This document shows, piece after piece, positions 16,355 to 25,219 of a stretch of DNA of 33,598 nucleotides. A program made the translations under genes and the position numbers. The notes beneath the pieces were generated by a model, which ran no database searches, was not told the origin of the DNA, and was given only the letters and a program-made list of their open reading frames with translations. Origin of the DNA: a candidate division WOR-3 bacterium (GTDB lineage Bacteria; Hydrothermota; Tepidihabitantia; SM23-42; JAOAFX01); NCBI GenBank assembly GCA_039802265.1, contig JBDRWI010000021.1:1-33598 (forward strand), in the 5' to 3' direction. Numbering within the stretch: the first letter of the stretch is position 1; each line of letters opens with the position of its first letter.

Positions 16355-17644
16355 TTATCTTATCTTCCTCTTTCTCTTCATTTTCTTCATTCCAGAACTG
16401 CCGATATCCTTGCGGTAATACATTCCCGGAAAGTGAATCTTTTTAATTTCCTCATAGACTTTCTGTTTGGCGATCTTCAGATTGTCCGCTGCGTAGACGA
16501 CATTAAGTACCCTGCCGCCGGCGGTGATGAGTTTAGAATCGTCCAGTTTTGTTCCGGCGTGGAATAGAAGTGTTTGCGAATCAAGCGGTTCTTTTATCTG
16601 GATTTCTTCTCCAACTTTGTAGTCAAAAGGATAACCAGCCGAGGCAAGGACAACACAGATTGACCATAAATTCTTTATTTTAACCTGGAGTTCTTGAACT
16701 TGATTTTCAATTACGGCAAGGAAGATGTCAATTATGTCGTTCTCAATTATGGGCATCATTGCCTGGGTCTCAGGGTCCCCGAAACGGCAGTTGAACTCCA
16801 ATACCTTCGGTCCGGATGGAGTAAGAATAAGTCCGGCATATAAGATTCCTTTATAGACAATACCACAATCATGGAGGGTAAGGATGGTTGGCTGAATTAT
16901 TACCTGCTGGATAATACTGGTGATCCGCCGATTTGTGGGATATGGGGAATAGGCACCCATCCCACCGGTATTTGGTCCCCGATTGCGGTCGTAGAGTTTC
17001 TTATGATCCTGGGCAGATGGCAAATAGGCGATCTTCAAACCATCGGTAAGGGCAAAGACCGAACATTCCTGACCGCTCAAGAACTCTTCAACAACGATCT
17101 TTTTCCCTGCCTCACCCAGTTTGTGCTGAACGAATATCTCGTCAATAACCTTTTCGTATTCATTCTTGTTGTTCACAATGAAGGTTCCCTTGCCGCCGGC
17201 AAGTCCGGCTGCCTTTACCACAACAGGAAATTCATTTATCGACTTGGGGTATTTTAATGCCTGTGCCGCGCTGTCGTAGATCTGAAATTTAGGGGAGGGA
17301 ATGCCATACTGGTGCATAAATTCCCGGGCAAAGGATTTATCTGCCTCAATCCGGCTGGCATTCTTTGTTGGTCCGAAAATTTTTAGTCCTCTTTTGTTGA
17401 ATTCATCAACAATTCCCAGGGCAAGGGGTAATTCCGGTCCCACCACAGTCAGGTCAATGTGATTCTGCTGGGCAAATTGGGCGAGCCCGGTGATATCAGT
17501 GGGTAAGATGTTAACACAGGTGGCAAGTTTGGCAATGCCCGGATTGCCGGGCGCCGCATAAATCTTCTTCACCTTCCTTGATTTGTGAATCTTCCAAACG
17601 AGGGCATGTTCCCGTCCGCCACTGCCAATGACCAGAATATTCAT
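16355..17644 (-). CDS. purD: Phosphoribosylamine-glycine ligase
   Basis: MNILVIGSGGREHALVWK N-terminus and ATP-grasp core. The ORF-track start at 17698 is repeat read-through; the true ATG at 17644 is preceded by GAGGAGG. Confidence 0.9.
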   Translation of the reverse strand: MNILVIGSGGREHALVWKIHKSRKVKKIYAAPGNPGIAKLATCVNILPTDITGLAQFAQQNHIDLTVVGPELPLALGIVDEFNKRGLKIFGPTKNASRIEADKSFAREFMHQYGIPSPKFQIYDSAAQALKYPKSINEFPVVVKAAGLAGGKGTFIVNNKNEYEKVIDEIFVQHKLGEAGKKIVVEEFLSGQECSVFALTDGLKIAYLPSAQDHKKLYDRNRGPNTGGMGAYSPYPTNRRITSIIQQVIIQPTILTLHDCGIVYKGILYAGLILTPSGPKVLEFNCRFGDPETQAMMPIIENDIIDIFLAVIENQVQELQVKIKNLWSICVVLASAGYPFDYKVGEEIQIKEPLDSQTLLFHAGTKLDDSKLITAGGRVLNVVYAADNLKIAKQKVYEEIKKIHFPGMYYRKDIGSSGMKKMKRKRKIR

Positions 17645-17651
17645 TTTAGAT

Positions 17652-17890
17652 ACCTCCTCGGATATATCAAATCCCTCTCTCCCTGTGGGAGAGGGCAAGG
17701 GTGAGGGGGTATTTTATCTTTCACCCCCACCTTTATCCTCCCCCATCAAGGGGGAGGATAAAACTTACGAAATTTAATAATATTTTAAGCACCGTAAATG
17801 GTGCATCTGCATTTTTTGAATCACCAATCAATCTTACAGCCCTTTTTCTAATCACCATTTTTATTCCTTTTTCGCGTTACCATAAGTCTT
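17652..17890. repeat. Right copy (inverted) of the 230-bp repeat; contains a perfect CCTCCCCC-ATCAA-GGGGGAGG hairpin
   Basis: Reverse complement aligns with 8340-8567 at about 97% identity, with a 10-bp insertion. Ends in the GAGGAGG used as purD's SD on the minus strand. Confidence 0.9.
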
Positions 17891-17923
17891 CTAAACAGTG
17901 TTTCTAATTTTTGTAGTAGCGAA

Positions 17924-18685
17924 TCAAAAACTTTTTTTTAAATTTGACGAATGTCCAAAATTATTTCGCACATTTTTCATAATCGTTTTGAAGACATCAG
18001 GTGACTGTTCAATAACACTACCCAGGACAATGAAATCGGCTCCCGCGTCAAGGATTCGCTGGGCATCAACCGGGGTCTTGATTCCGCCCCCAACGATTAG
18101 CGGGATAGATATGTTCTTCTTGACTGCCTTGACAATCTCTACCGGAACCGGCATCTTTGCACCACTCCCAGCCTCCAGATAGATAAACTTCATTCCAAAA
18201 TATTCCCCAGCCAGGGCATGAGCAATCACAATTTCAGGCTTTGAACGAGGTATGGGTCGGGTGTTTGAGATGTATTCGGCTGAGGTAAAACTTCCTGATT
18301 CAATAAGGATATAACCAACAGGAATTACCTCAATATTGTATGACTTTATTAAAAATACTGCCTTAACCTGTTCACCAATCAGAAATTCGGGATTTCGACC
18401 GCTGATCAGCGATAAAAAGAATATGGCATGGGCAGATGGGGAGACCTGATGCGCACCGCCCGGAAAGATAATTATTGGTACGTTGGCTTTTTTCTTTACA
18501 GTGGCAACGAATCTGTCAAAATTGGGGGAGATCAGGAGGGAAGAACCGATTAAGATTGCCTTAACACCTTCTTTGCTCGCCAATCGGGCAAGGCTACCGG
18601 CAGCTTTTATTGACATCCGGTCCGGGTCAAAGAGGGCAAAGACCCCGGGTTTTGACCGCTTCAGTCTTTCGTAGATTGCTGGCAT
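17924..18685 (-). CDS. pcrB: PcrB/GGGP-synthase family prenyl-glycerol-phosphate synthase (TIM barrel)
   Basis: Conserved collinear blocks: ALFDPD, ILIGSSL, YLEAGSGA, PLIVGGGIKTPVDAQRILDAGADFIVLGS. Confidence 0.75.
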   Translation of the reverse strand: MPAIYERLKRSKPGVFALFDPDRMSIKAAGSLARLASKEGVKAILIGSSLLISPNFDRFVATVKKKANVPIIIFPGGAHQVSPSAHAIFFLSLISGRNPEFLIGEQVKAVFLIKSYNIEVIPVGYILIESGSFTSAEYISNTRPIPRSKPEIVIAHALAGEYFGMKFIYLEAGSGAKMPVPVEIVKAVKKNISIPLIVGGGIKTPVDAQRILDAGADFIVLGSVIEQSPDVFKTIMKNVRNNFGHSSNLKKSF

Positions 18686-18691
18686 TTCTAA

Positions 18692-18720
18692 ATTATAATC
18701 ACTTTTCGGATAAAAATCAA
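18692..18720 (-). promoter_or_regulatory. Sigma-70 promoter for pcrB (TTGATT, 17-bp spacer, TATAAT) with only 6 nt to the ATG: predicted leaderless mRNA
   Basis: Minus-strand TTGATTTTTATCCGAAAAGTGATTATAATTTAGAAATG. Confidence 0.45.
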
Positions 18721-18840
18721 GGGTACGATTTAAATCAAAGAAAATAATCTTACCGAGATTGGGTTATTTAATCAAAATAGCATATCTTACCCAAAACTTT
18801 TAAAACATAGGCACCCCTGGATATACTCTATCCGAAAGGA

Positions 18841-19589
18841 GTGCCTATGATTACCATAAGTATTCCGGAGGAAGTATACACCATGAAAGCCAAAAGGTCA
18901 ATAATTAAAAACAATGCCTTGCTTTATCGCAAGGCATCAAAGAAACAGAGAAAAGAAATCCTTTGTGCGCCTTTATCAGTGAGAATCAATCATGGATACT
19001 ATCAGGCATCAGCCAACAAGTGCTTGCTGGATTTTCCAGGGCGAAAAGAACTGATTTAAAGCCACTCCACCATATTCCCGCACACATCAAAGAACTTATC
19101 TCCACCATCAGCCCGGCGACGATTGAGCAGCTATTAAAACCCATAAAAGACCAATACAACTTGCCTATCGGTATCGTCCCCATCCCTGTGCTACGGACTG
19201 GACTGAAGTGCGGGCTACGTTCGCGGCCTTATCATAAAAACGACAATCCGGTGGTGGAGAGTCGGAATTTTACCCTGGTTCGTGCCCATGTTGGTTATCG
19301 GCGGTATGATACTGATGCAGAGTATGAAATCCTGGCTGAATTATGTCCATTACTATCAATGCTACACAATTATTTTATGCCGACGATGATGTTAGTTAAG
19401 AAGGTGCGTGTGGGTGGTAAGGTTTACAGGACTTATAACATTGATACACCTTATAATCGGGTTTTAAATTTACCCGATGTTTCGGAAGAGAAAAAGCAGA
19501 TGCTGCGTGAGCGTAAGGCAGCGCTTTCATATCCTGAGTTACTACAAAGAATTCTGGAAAGATTCTTATCTTTTTCCACTGGTGAATGA
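18841..19589 (+). pseudogene. Two overlapping ORFs in different frames (18841-19059 and 18963-19589); possible frameshifted remnant of a mobile-element gene next to tRNA-Ala
   Basis: Basic N-terminus (KAKRSIIKNN...KKQRKEIL), then a frame switch. C-terminal ...GKVYRTYNIDTPYNRVLNL... vaguely recalls transposase C-termini. No catalytic motif recognised. GTG start. Confidence 0.25.
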
Positions 19590-19704
19590 TGGATTGAAGA
19601 TTTTCTCCCGTGGTCAGTTATACTGGTAAGAATAAACAACAAGAATGTGATTTAACATTCTGGATTGACAAATCAATAAAATTGTATAGAATTAGACTTA
19701 AATC

Positions 19705-19777
19705 GGGGCCGTAGCCCAGTTGGGAGAGCGCTTGACTGGCAGTCAAGAGGTCACGGGTTCAAGTCCCGTCGGCTCCA
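19705..19777 (+). tRNA. tRNA-Ala (anticodon GGC)
   Basis: Manual cloverleaf: acceptor GGGGCCG/CGGCTCC with the G3:U70 Ala identity pair, D-arm, anticodon loop CTGGCAG, T-loop TTCAAGT, discriminator A. 73 nt, CCA not encoded. Confidence 0.9.
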
Positions 19778-19806
19778 TCAGTCTAAATTAAGAAAAAGGA
19801 GCAGAG

Positions 19807-21087
19807 ATGAAAAATTTTAACGCTCAGAATAGCATTAAAATGTTGTGTGGGTTACTGGGATTTCATTATTCGGATTATGGATTTATCCGCGTGCTGGTCA
19901 GCGGTGCCTTTTTGGTATTCATATTGGCTATGACCATTGCAGGATGTGTTGCAAGTCAACCGGTTAAGCCAACCGAGACCGAGACAGGCGCGGATAATAA
20001 ACTCAAGGCAGAAGAAGAGTATTCTATTGGTTTTGAGTATATAAAACAGGGTAAGTATGACGATGCCATAGTTCATTTTAATGAATCTACCAAATTATGG
20101 CCCAAATTTTATGCGGCGTATATCGCCCTTGCCCAGTGCTATAGAGGTAAGAGAGATCTGGTAATGGCGGAATCACTCTATCATCAAGCAAAGCGGATCG
20201 ACCCGAAGGATACAAGGGCTTATGAGGGGCTCGCCGCCCTTTATACCGAGCAGAAGAAGTATGGTGAGGCAATAAGTGAATATCAAACCGCCTTGATGTT
20301 CGATTCTACCAATGTCAATATTTTAAATGGACTTGCCTTTATTTATAGCAAAACCAAAGATTATGAAAAGGCATTGTCACTCTATTCCAAGAGTATGCGT
20401 TATGAACCGGAAAACCTCTCGACGATCAAGGCAATTGCCAATATATATGTAGAGCGGGGTGAACCGGAAAAGGCAATCACCTATCTTGAAACCCTCAAGG
20501 AGAAAAGGCCTGAGGCAATAGATGTTCGGGAACTTCTGGCAAAGACCTATCTTGACTTGAAGCACTATGATAAGGCAATTGCTGAATACTCTTTTTTAAT
20601 TTCCAAAAAGCCAGATTTTTATTTCTATCACCTGCAATTGGGTTTGATTTATAGCCGGCAGAAGAAATATCAGAATGCGGAAAGAGAATATCTGGAGGCA
20701 AGAAAACTTGCCCCCAATGACCCGCTTCCTATCCTTTATCTTGCCGACTTGCAGATTATGCGGGGTAAATTGGGTGAAGCCGAGAATACCATAAGGGAGG
20801 CAATGAAAATTTCTTCAGATAACAATTATGCCTATGTCCTCTTGGGTGATATTTATGAACGAAGGGGATTCCAGTCAAAAAGTGCCTGGGATAAAAAGAA
20901 GGGGAAGTCAAACATTCAGACTGCAAAGACCGCCAGAAATTACCTGAATCAGGCTATCGGTTATTATTCAAAGGCGCGGGATAGTGAAGATTTTGCTTCT
21001 TACGCCGCAACTGAAATTGAGAGGTGCAATAACTGGATTAAACAACTTAATGAGGACATATGGTTCTATGAGGGAGGGAAGAAATGA
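19807..21087 (+). CDS. TPR-repeat protein with N-terminal membrane anchor/lipoprotein-like signal
   Basis: TM segment ending in AGC, then about 9 TPR-like repeats (AY.G.A..Y....Y..A pattern). Confidence 0.65.
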   Translation: MKNFNAQNSIKMLCGLLGFHYSDYGFIRVLVSGAFLVFILAMTIAGCVASQPVKPTETETGADNKLKAEEEYSIGFEYIKQGKYDDAIVHFNESTKLWPKFYAAYIALAQCYRGKRDLVMAESLYHQAKRIDPKDTRAYEGLAALYTEQKKYGEAISEYQTALMFDSTNVNILNGLAFIYSKTKDYEKALSLYSKSMRYEPENLSTIKAIANIYVERGEPEKAITYLETLKEKRPEAIDVRELLAKTYLDLKHYDKAIAEYSFLISKKPDFYFYHLQLGLIYSRQKKYQNAEREYLEARKLAPNDPLPILYLADLQIMRGKLGEAENTIREAMKISSDNNYAYVLLGDIYERRGFQSKSAWDKKKGKSNIQTAKTARNYLNQAIGYYSKARDSEDFASYAATEIERCNNWIKQLNEDIWFYEGGKK

Positions 21088-21452
21088 ATTCCCGGGGAAT
21101 ATCCGGTTTTGGAATTATTTTTATTATCATCGTCCTTCTGGTTATCGGGTATGTCGGTTATCAGATTTTTCGCATTCAATTTACCTATTCCGCCGTGAAA
21201 TCAAAGGTTGAAGATGCAGTTGAATTGGGCCCCCTCAGAAGCGATGCCGATATTATCAATGAACTCTTAAAGGATTTTGAGGAAATGAATGTCCATCTTG
21301 ACCCGGCATATGACACAATTTACATTGACCGTGGTATTCCAGACTCTTTTCGCATTTATGTAGCCTATAACGATTCTTCAAGTATCTTCGGCTATATGTA
21401 CCGCCGCCATCTTATTGTGGATGTAATAATGCCGATTCGGGCAGGACTATGA
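21084..21452 (+). CDS. Small membrane-anchored hypothetical protein (122 aa)
   Basis: N-terminal TM helix (FGIIFIIIVLLVIGYVGY). ATGA start/stop overlaps with both neighbouring genes. Confidence 0.5.
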   Translation: MNSRGISGFGIIFIIIVLLVIGYVGYQIFRIQFTYSAVKSKVEDAVELGPLRSDADIINELLKDFEEMNVHLDPAYDTIYIDRGIPDSFRIYVAYNDSSSIFGYMYRRHLIVDVIMPIRAGL

Positions 21453-21958
21453 TACTCCACAAACCGGTATTGCTGCTCAATCAAAATTACGAACCACTGA
21501 CGGTATTGAAACTAAAAAGGGCTATTACCCTGCTTTTTTTAGGAAAGGTTGACCTTATTGAAAATGATGATAAGAATATAATTCATTCAATGAGTTTAAA
21601 CCTGCCTGCACCATCGGTTTTGAGGTTGAGGTATTATGTGCAGATAAAGAGAAAGGATATTCCATTAACCAAAAAGAATATCATAAAAAGGGATAACCAT
21701 ACCTGTCAGTATTGTGGTAAGAAGACCGGGATCATGACCACCGATCATATCATTCCCAAGGCCCTGGGTGGTGAAGAGACCTGGGAGAACTTAGTTTGTG
21801 CCTGTTTAGAATGTAATAATCGTAAGGGAAACAGAACCCTCCAGGCCGCCGGTATGAAATTGCTGAAGAAGCCTAAAAAACCTAATTATTTCACCTTTGT
21901 CCTGCGCGAGATTGGTAATCCGGATGAACGATGGCGGCCCTATCTGTTTCAATCTTAA
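21449..21958 (+). CDS. HNH endonuclease-domain protein (169 aa)
   Basis: CQYCGKK...DHIIPKALGG...WENLVCACLECNNRKGN: CxxC...H..N...CxxC..N HNH/zinc-finger motif. Confidence 0.75.
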   Translation: MILHKPVLLLNQNYEPLTVLKLKRAITLLFLGKVDLIENDDKNIIHSMSLNLPAPSVLRLRYYVQIKRKDIPLTKKNIIKRDNHTCQYCGKKTGIMTTDHIIPKALGGEETWENLVCACLECNNRKGNRTLQAAGMKLLKKPKKPNYFTFVLREIGNPDERWRPYLFQS

Positions 21959-22008
21959 CAAAAATTCAACACATTGGAAAAAATCGTCAGCGTAAATTTT
22001 AATAATTT

Positions 22009-23325
22009 ATGTCCGTTTTCTTATTTTTTTTATTAAATAATATGCCTCCTCAGTCATTTACCATAACGGTTACCGGTAATCATTACTATTCAGAGTCATA
22101 TTTAACCGGCGGAAACAGAAGATTCAAGAACCTCAAACAGGTGGAAAGGCTTATTAAAAGAATTCTTGAATATTACAATAACGCGGGCTTCGCCTTTTGC
22201 CGGATTGAGCCCGAAGTGATTTATGAAGACAGCACAGGCGGACAGGTGGTGTTGAGAGTTGAGGAGGGCGAACGGGTAATTATCAGCGATTATATCTTCA
22301 GGATAAAAGGAAAGACCGATATTTCACAGTTACGCCGATTTCTCCGCCTTAAATTGTCGGATTACTTTTCATTAAAAGAGTTGAATCGGGTCAAAGAGAA
22401 GATAAAAAGGAGCGAGCTCTTCAAGGATGAAAAGGAAGAGATTATAAAAAAAAATGGTCAATACTACATTTTTTTTGATTTATTGGAGGACAAAACCGAT
22501 TTCATTGCCGGTGCTGGTTCACTTGCCCAGAACAGGGCAAATTTCGCAATTAGTCTATTTTCAATTAACTTCTTTGGTACACTGCGTCAGTTAAGATTCG
22601 ATTTTGAATCAAATCTTGCACCGGAAGAGAAAGACATTCCGAGAAGGCACTTTCAGGTTGGTTTTACTGAGCCGGTCATTATTGCACCGGTTACTTTCAA
22701 GACAAATCTGATTCTGGATACCAGGGACACCTCGCGATTGTCATTCATTGAGGCACGCCTTGTCTCACCGGTTACCGATTATCTTAGTCTTTCCCTCTTT
22801 TCGGGTATAGAGATGATTTCGTATCCTTCTCAAATTAACCCTGAAGATTTTACAAATACCCTATTGGGTTTAGGGCTTGAATTTAACTATAATTTTCAGG
22901 GTCTATCCACCAATCAAAAATTGGATTTTGATTATCTCATCCGCGCTAACGAAAGATACCGGTTCAAGTATGACGGAGAATTTACCTTCTTTTCAATCTC
23001 CTTAAGACCCCACTGCTGGTGGGTGAAGACCGAAGCTTTTGATGATTTTGACTTTTACCGCCTGGGTGGAGCCCAAACTTTGAGGGGTTACTGGGAGGAG
23101 GAGTTTATTGTTCGCGAGTTTGTGCTCTTCAATATTGAATACAAAAGGTATCCCATATATCCAATCTTTGATCTCGCGTTTACGGATGATACTCTTTTAT
23201 ATTCTTATGGTTTGGGAATTGATGCAAGTACGAATCTCGGTGCAGCATCGTTGATATTTGCCTGGCCAAGAAATGCAAAGTTTGGGGATGGGAAAGTTCA
23301 TTTTCTCTTAAAAAAGGGATTTTAG
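22009..23325 (+). CDS. Omp85-family outer-membrane protein (POTRA domain plus surface-antigen beta-barrel)
   Basis: POTRA-like N-terminus (FTITVTGN...QVVLRVEEGERVIISDYIFRIKG), conserved barrel motif RLGGAQTLRGY and a C-terminal aromatic (…KKGF). Confidence 0.6.
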   Translation: MSVFLFFLLNNMPPQSFTITVTGNHYYSESYLTGGNRRFKNLKQVERLIKRILEYYNNAGFAFCRIEPEVIYEDSTGGQVVLRVEEGERVIISDYIFRIKGKTDISQLRRFLRLKLSDYFSLKELNRVKEKIKRSELFKDEKEEIIKKNGQYYIFFDLLEDKTDFIAGAGSLAQNRANFAISLFSINFFGTLRQLRFDFESNLAPEEKDIPRRHFQVGFTEPVIIAPVTFKTNLILDTRDTSRLSFIEARLVSPVTDYLSLSLFSGIEMISYPSQINPEDFTNTLLGLGLEFNYNFQGLSTNQKLDFDYLIRANERYRFKYDGEFTFFSISLRPHCWWVKTEAFDDFDFYRLGGAQTLRGYWEEEFIVREFVLFNIEYKRYPIYPIFDLAFTDDTLLYSYGLGIDASTNLGAASLIFAWPRNAKFGDGKVHFLLKKGF

Positions 23326-23344
23326 ATTTTATAAGGGGGTCTTT

Positions 23345-24715
23345 ATGCTTTTGTTAATTTTATTCTGTGCCATAATACCGCTTGATTCACCACTAATGAT
23401 CTCCCTGGAATATCTCCAGGTACGGGGACTGGTGGAAACTCCGTTAATTAAACCCTATGAATTTTTTGCGGTTACGCTGGAAATTCAGAATCTTCTCGTT
23501 AAAGATGATTTCAGTCGTTTAGACCAGAAGTTTATTTCACTATGGGGACCATTCGCGGCCAAGTCGTCCGATTTTTATACACTCTATCACCTCTATGGAG
23601 ATGTATACTATTTTAGTGACTACACATATTCTGGCAACATTTCCTTCATGCTATCGGGGAGAATCATAAATAATGTTTCATATAATCAGGGTTTGAAATT
23701 TAGATTTGGCTCCCCAATCGACAGCACTGGTCCGAAACCCTGGAAGGACTTTGCCCAGGGTTACCTAAACGAAGGTAACCTGAGAATAGCCAATGAGAGA
23801 ATTGCCTTTATAGTTGGCCGCCGGAACATCTTTCTTGGACCGGCAGATGAATATAGCCTTTTACTTTCGCCTGTTTCTGAAGGTTACGATGGTTATCTCT
23901 TTTTATATAATGGTAAATACTACGAATTTTCTACTACATTTTCAATCCTTGATATTGAAGAAGAAAGGTTCATAGCAACCCACCGCCTGGGTTTGAAATT
24001 GAATTCCTTTAGGCTGGGATTTTCTGAGGCGATCCTGTGGGGAAACCGTCTTGAGCCGGTATATATTAATTTTTTTCTACCCTATTACCTTAGCCAGTGG
24101 GGGATAGACAAAAATGATAATATTATGTGGTGCTTTGATGGGGCATTAAACTTTATGAATACCTACCTTTATGGAGAATTTTTAATTGACGACTATCAAT
24201 ATAGTGAGCCGCCACCCGGCTATACCGAATATCCCCATAAACTTGCCTTTCAAAGTGGTATGAAGGCGATTATCAGCGATGTATTCTATTTCCGATTGAG
24301 TTATACATTCGTTGACAAATGGGTCTATAGCCATTGCATACCCCAGAATATCTATCAGCGGGACAGTATCTGCCTCGGCTTTCCAATGGGCAACGATGCT
24401 GACCGAATTTCAATTCTCTTAAAATTCCTGATTCCTTCCGGTATCTTTCCTAAGTTAAATTTAGAATTTTATAGAAAGGGGGAGGGTAGTATCTTTTTGC
24501 CCTATGAAATAGAGCGGGGACCAGCCTATCCTCCGTTTCCTTCCGGTATTGTGGAGAGTTGTTTGACAATTACCCCTGGGCTTGACCTTTTTTATGGCTC
24601 AAGATGGTATTTTGGTATAGAGGGGGGAAAAAAATATTATAAAAATTTTGGACATCAAACAGGGAATGAAAAAGAAGGCAGGATTTTTAATTTAAAGGTT
24701 TTTGTCTTATTGTAG
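23345..24715 (+). CDS. Hypothetical large outer-membrane/secreted protein (456 aa)
   Basis: Hydrophobic N-terminus, aromatic-rich beta-strand-like composition, no family motif recognised. RBS AAGGGGG. Confidence 0.45.
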   Translation: MLLLILFCAIIPLDSPLMISLEYLQVRGLVETPLIKPYEFFAVTLEIQNLLVKDDFSRLDQKFISLWGPFAAKSSDFYTLYHLYGDVYYFSDYTYSGNISFMLSGRIINNVSYNQGLKFRFGSPIDSTGPKPWKDFAQGYLNEGNLRIANERIAFIVGRRNIFLGPADEYSLLLSPVSEGYDGYLFLYNGKYYEFSTTFSILDIEEERFIATHRLGLKLNSFRLGFSEAILWGNRLEPVYINFFLPYYLSQWGIDKNDNIMWCFDGALNFMNTYLYGEFLIDDYQYSEPPPGYTEYPHKLAFQSGMKAIISDVFYFRLSYTFVDKWVYSHCIPQNIYQRDSICLGFPMGNDADRISILLKFLIPSGIFPKLNLEFYRKGEGSIFLPYEIERGPAYPPFPSGIVESCLTITPGLDLFYGSRWYFGIEGGKKYYKNFGHQTGNEKEGRIFNLKVFVLL

Positions 24716-24718
24716 TCC

Positions 24719-25219
24719 TTGCCTGTTGACTTTTTCTTATTTTTGACTATCATTTGCTATATGCTATTTATCTTCTTATTTAACTTCTGGGCGGGTATTG
24801 AGACGGGATTAGTCCAGCCGGTTTTTGGTCTTGACATCAACCACCAGGGGGGGCTTGTCTACAGGATATTTTGTGGAAGGGATTTCAATATCAGTAGTAT
24901 AAACCTTGGTTTCAATGGTTCCTATTATGCGGGCAAAAATGCTGGTTATTCATTTATGACCTCTGGTTTCAGGATTGAAATGTTCAAGTTCAGGTGGCGC
25001 TATTCACCATATTTTGGTTTTGGTATTGATTACATAGAAAGAGAATTGCGGGGTAATAAAGAGTGGGGACTGGGGTTTGCCTACAGTCTTGGTATTAAGG
25101 TAAATTTCCATTTTGACCAGGTAAATATCTACCCGGCATTATTTTATGCTGGTCTAACCGATTTTAAAACTGCTGCAGGCACTTTGGGTTTGAAACTGGG
25201 CATAGGATATGAATTCTAA
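24719..25219 (+). CDS. Small outer-membrane beta-barrel protein (OmpA-like or OmpW-like, about 8 strands)
   Basis: Alternating hydrophobic/aromatic pattern; C-terminal ...GIGYEF with terminal Phe. The true start is probably an internal Met. Confidence 0.4.
   Translation: MPVDFFLFLTIICYMLFIFLFNFWAGIETGLVQPVFGLDINHQGGLVYRIFCGRDFNISSINLGFNGSYYAGKNAGYSFMTSGFRIEMFKFRWRYSPYFGFGIDYIERELRGNKEWGLGFAYSLGIKVNFHFDQVNIYPALFYAGLTDFKTAAGTLGLKLGIGYEF

Noticed and set aside
8340-17890. The 9.3 kb block as a composite transposon or integrated mobile element
   Set aside because: The bracketed genes are core housekeeping and stress genes (htrA, hslV, thyX, purD), and there is no transposase, integrase or target-site duplication. 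The repeats look like duplicated regulatory elements or repeat elements, not transposon ends.
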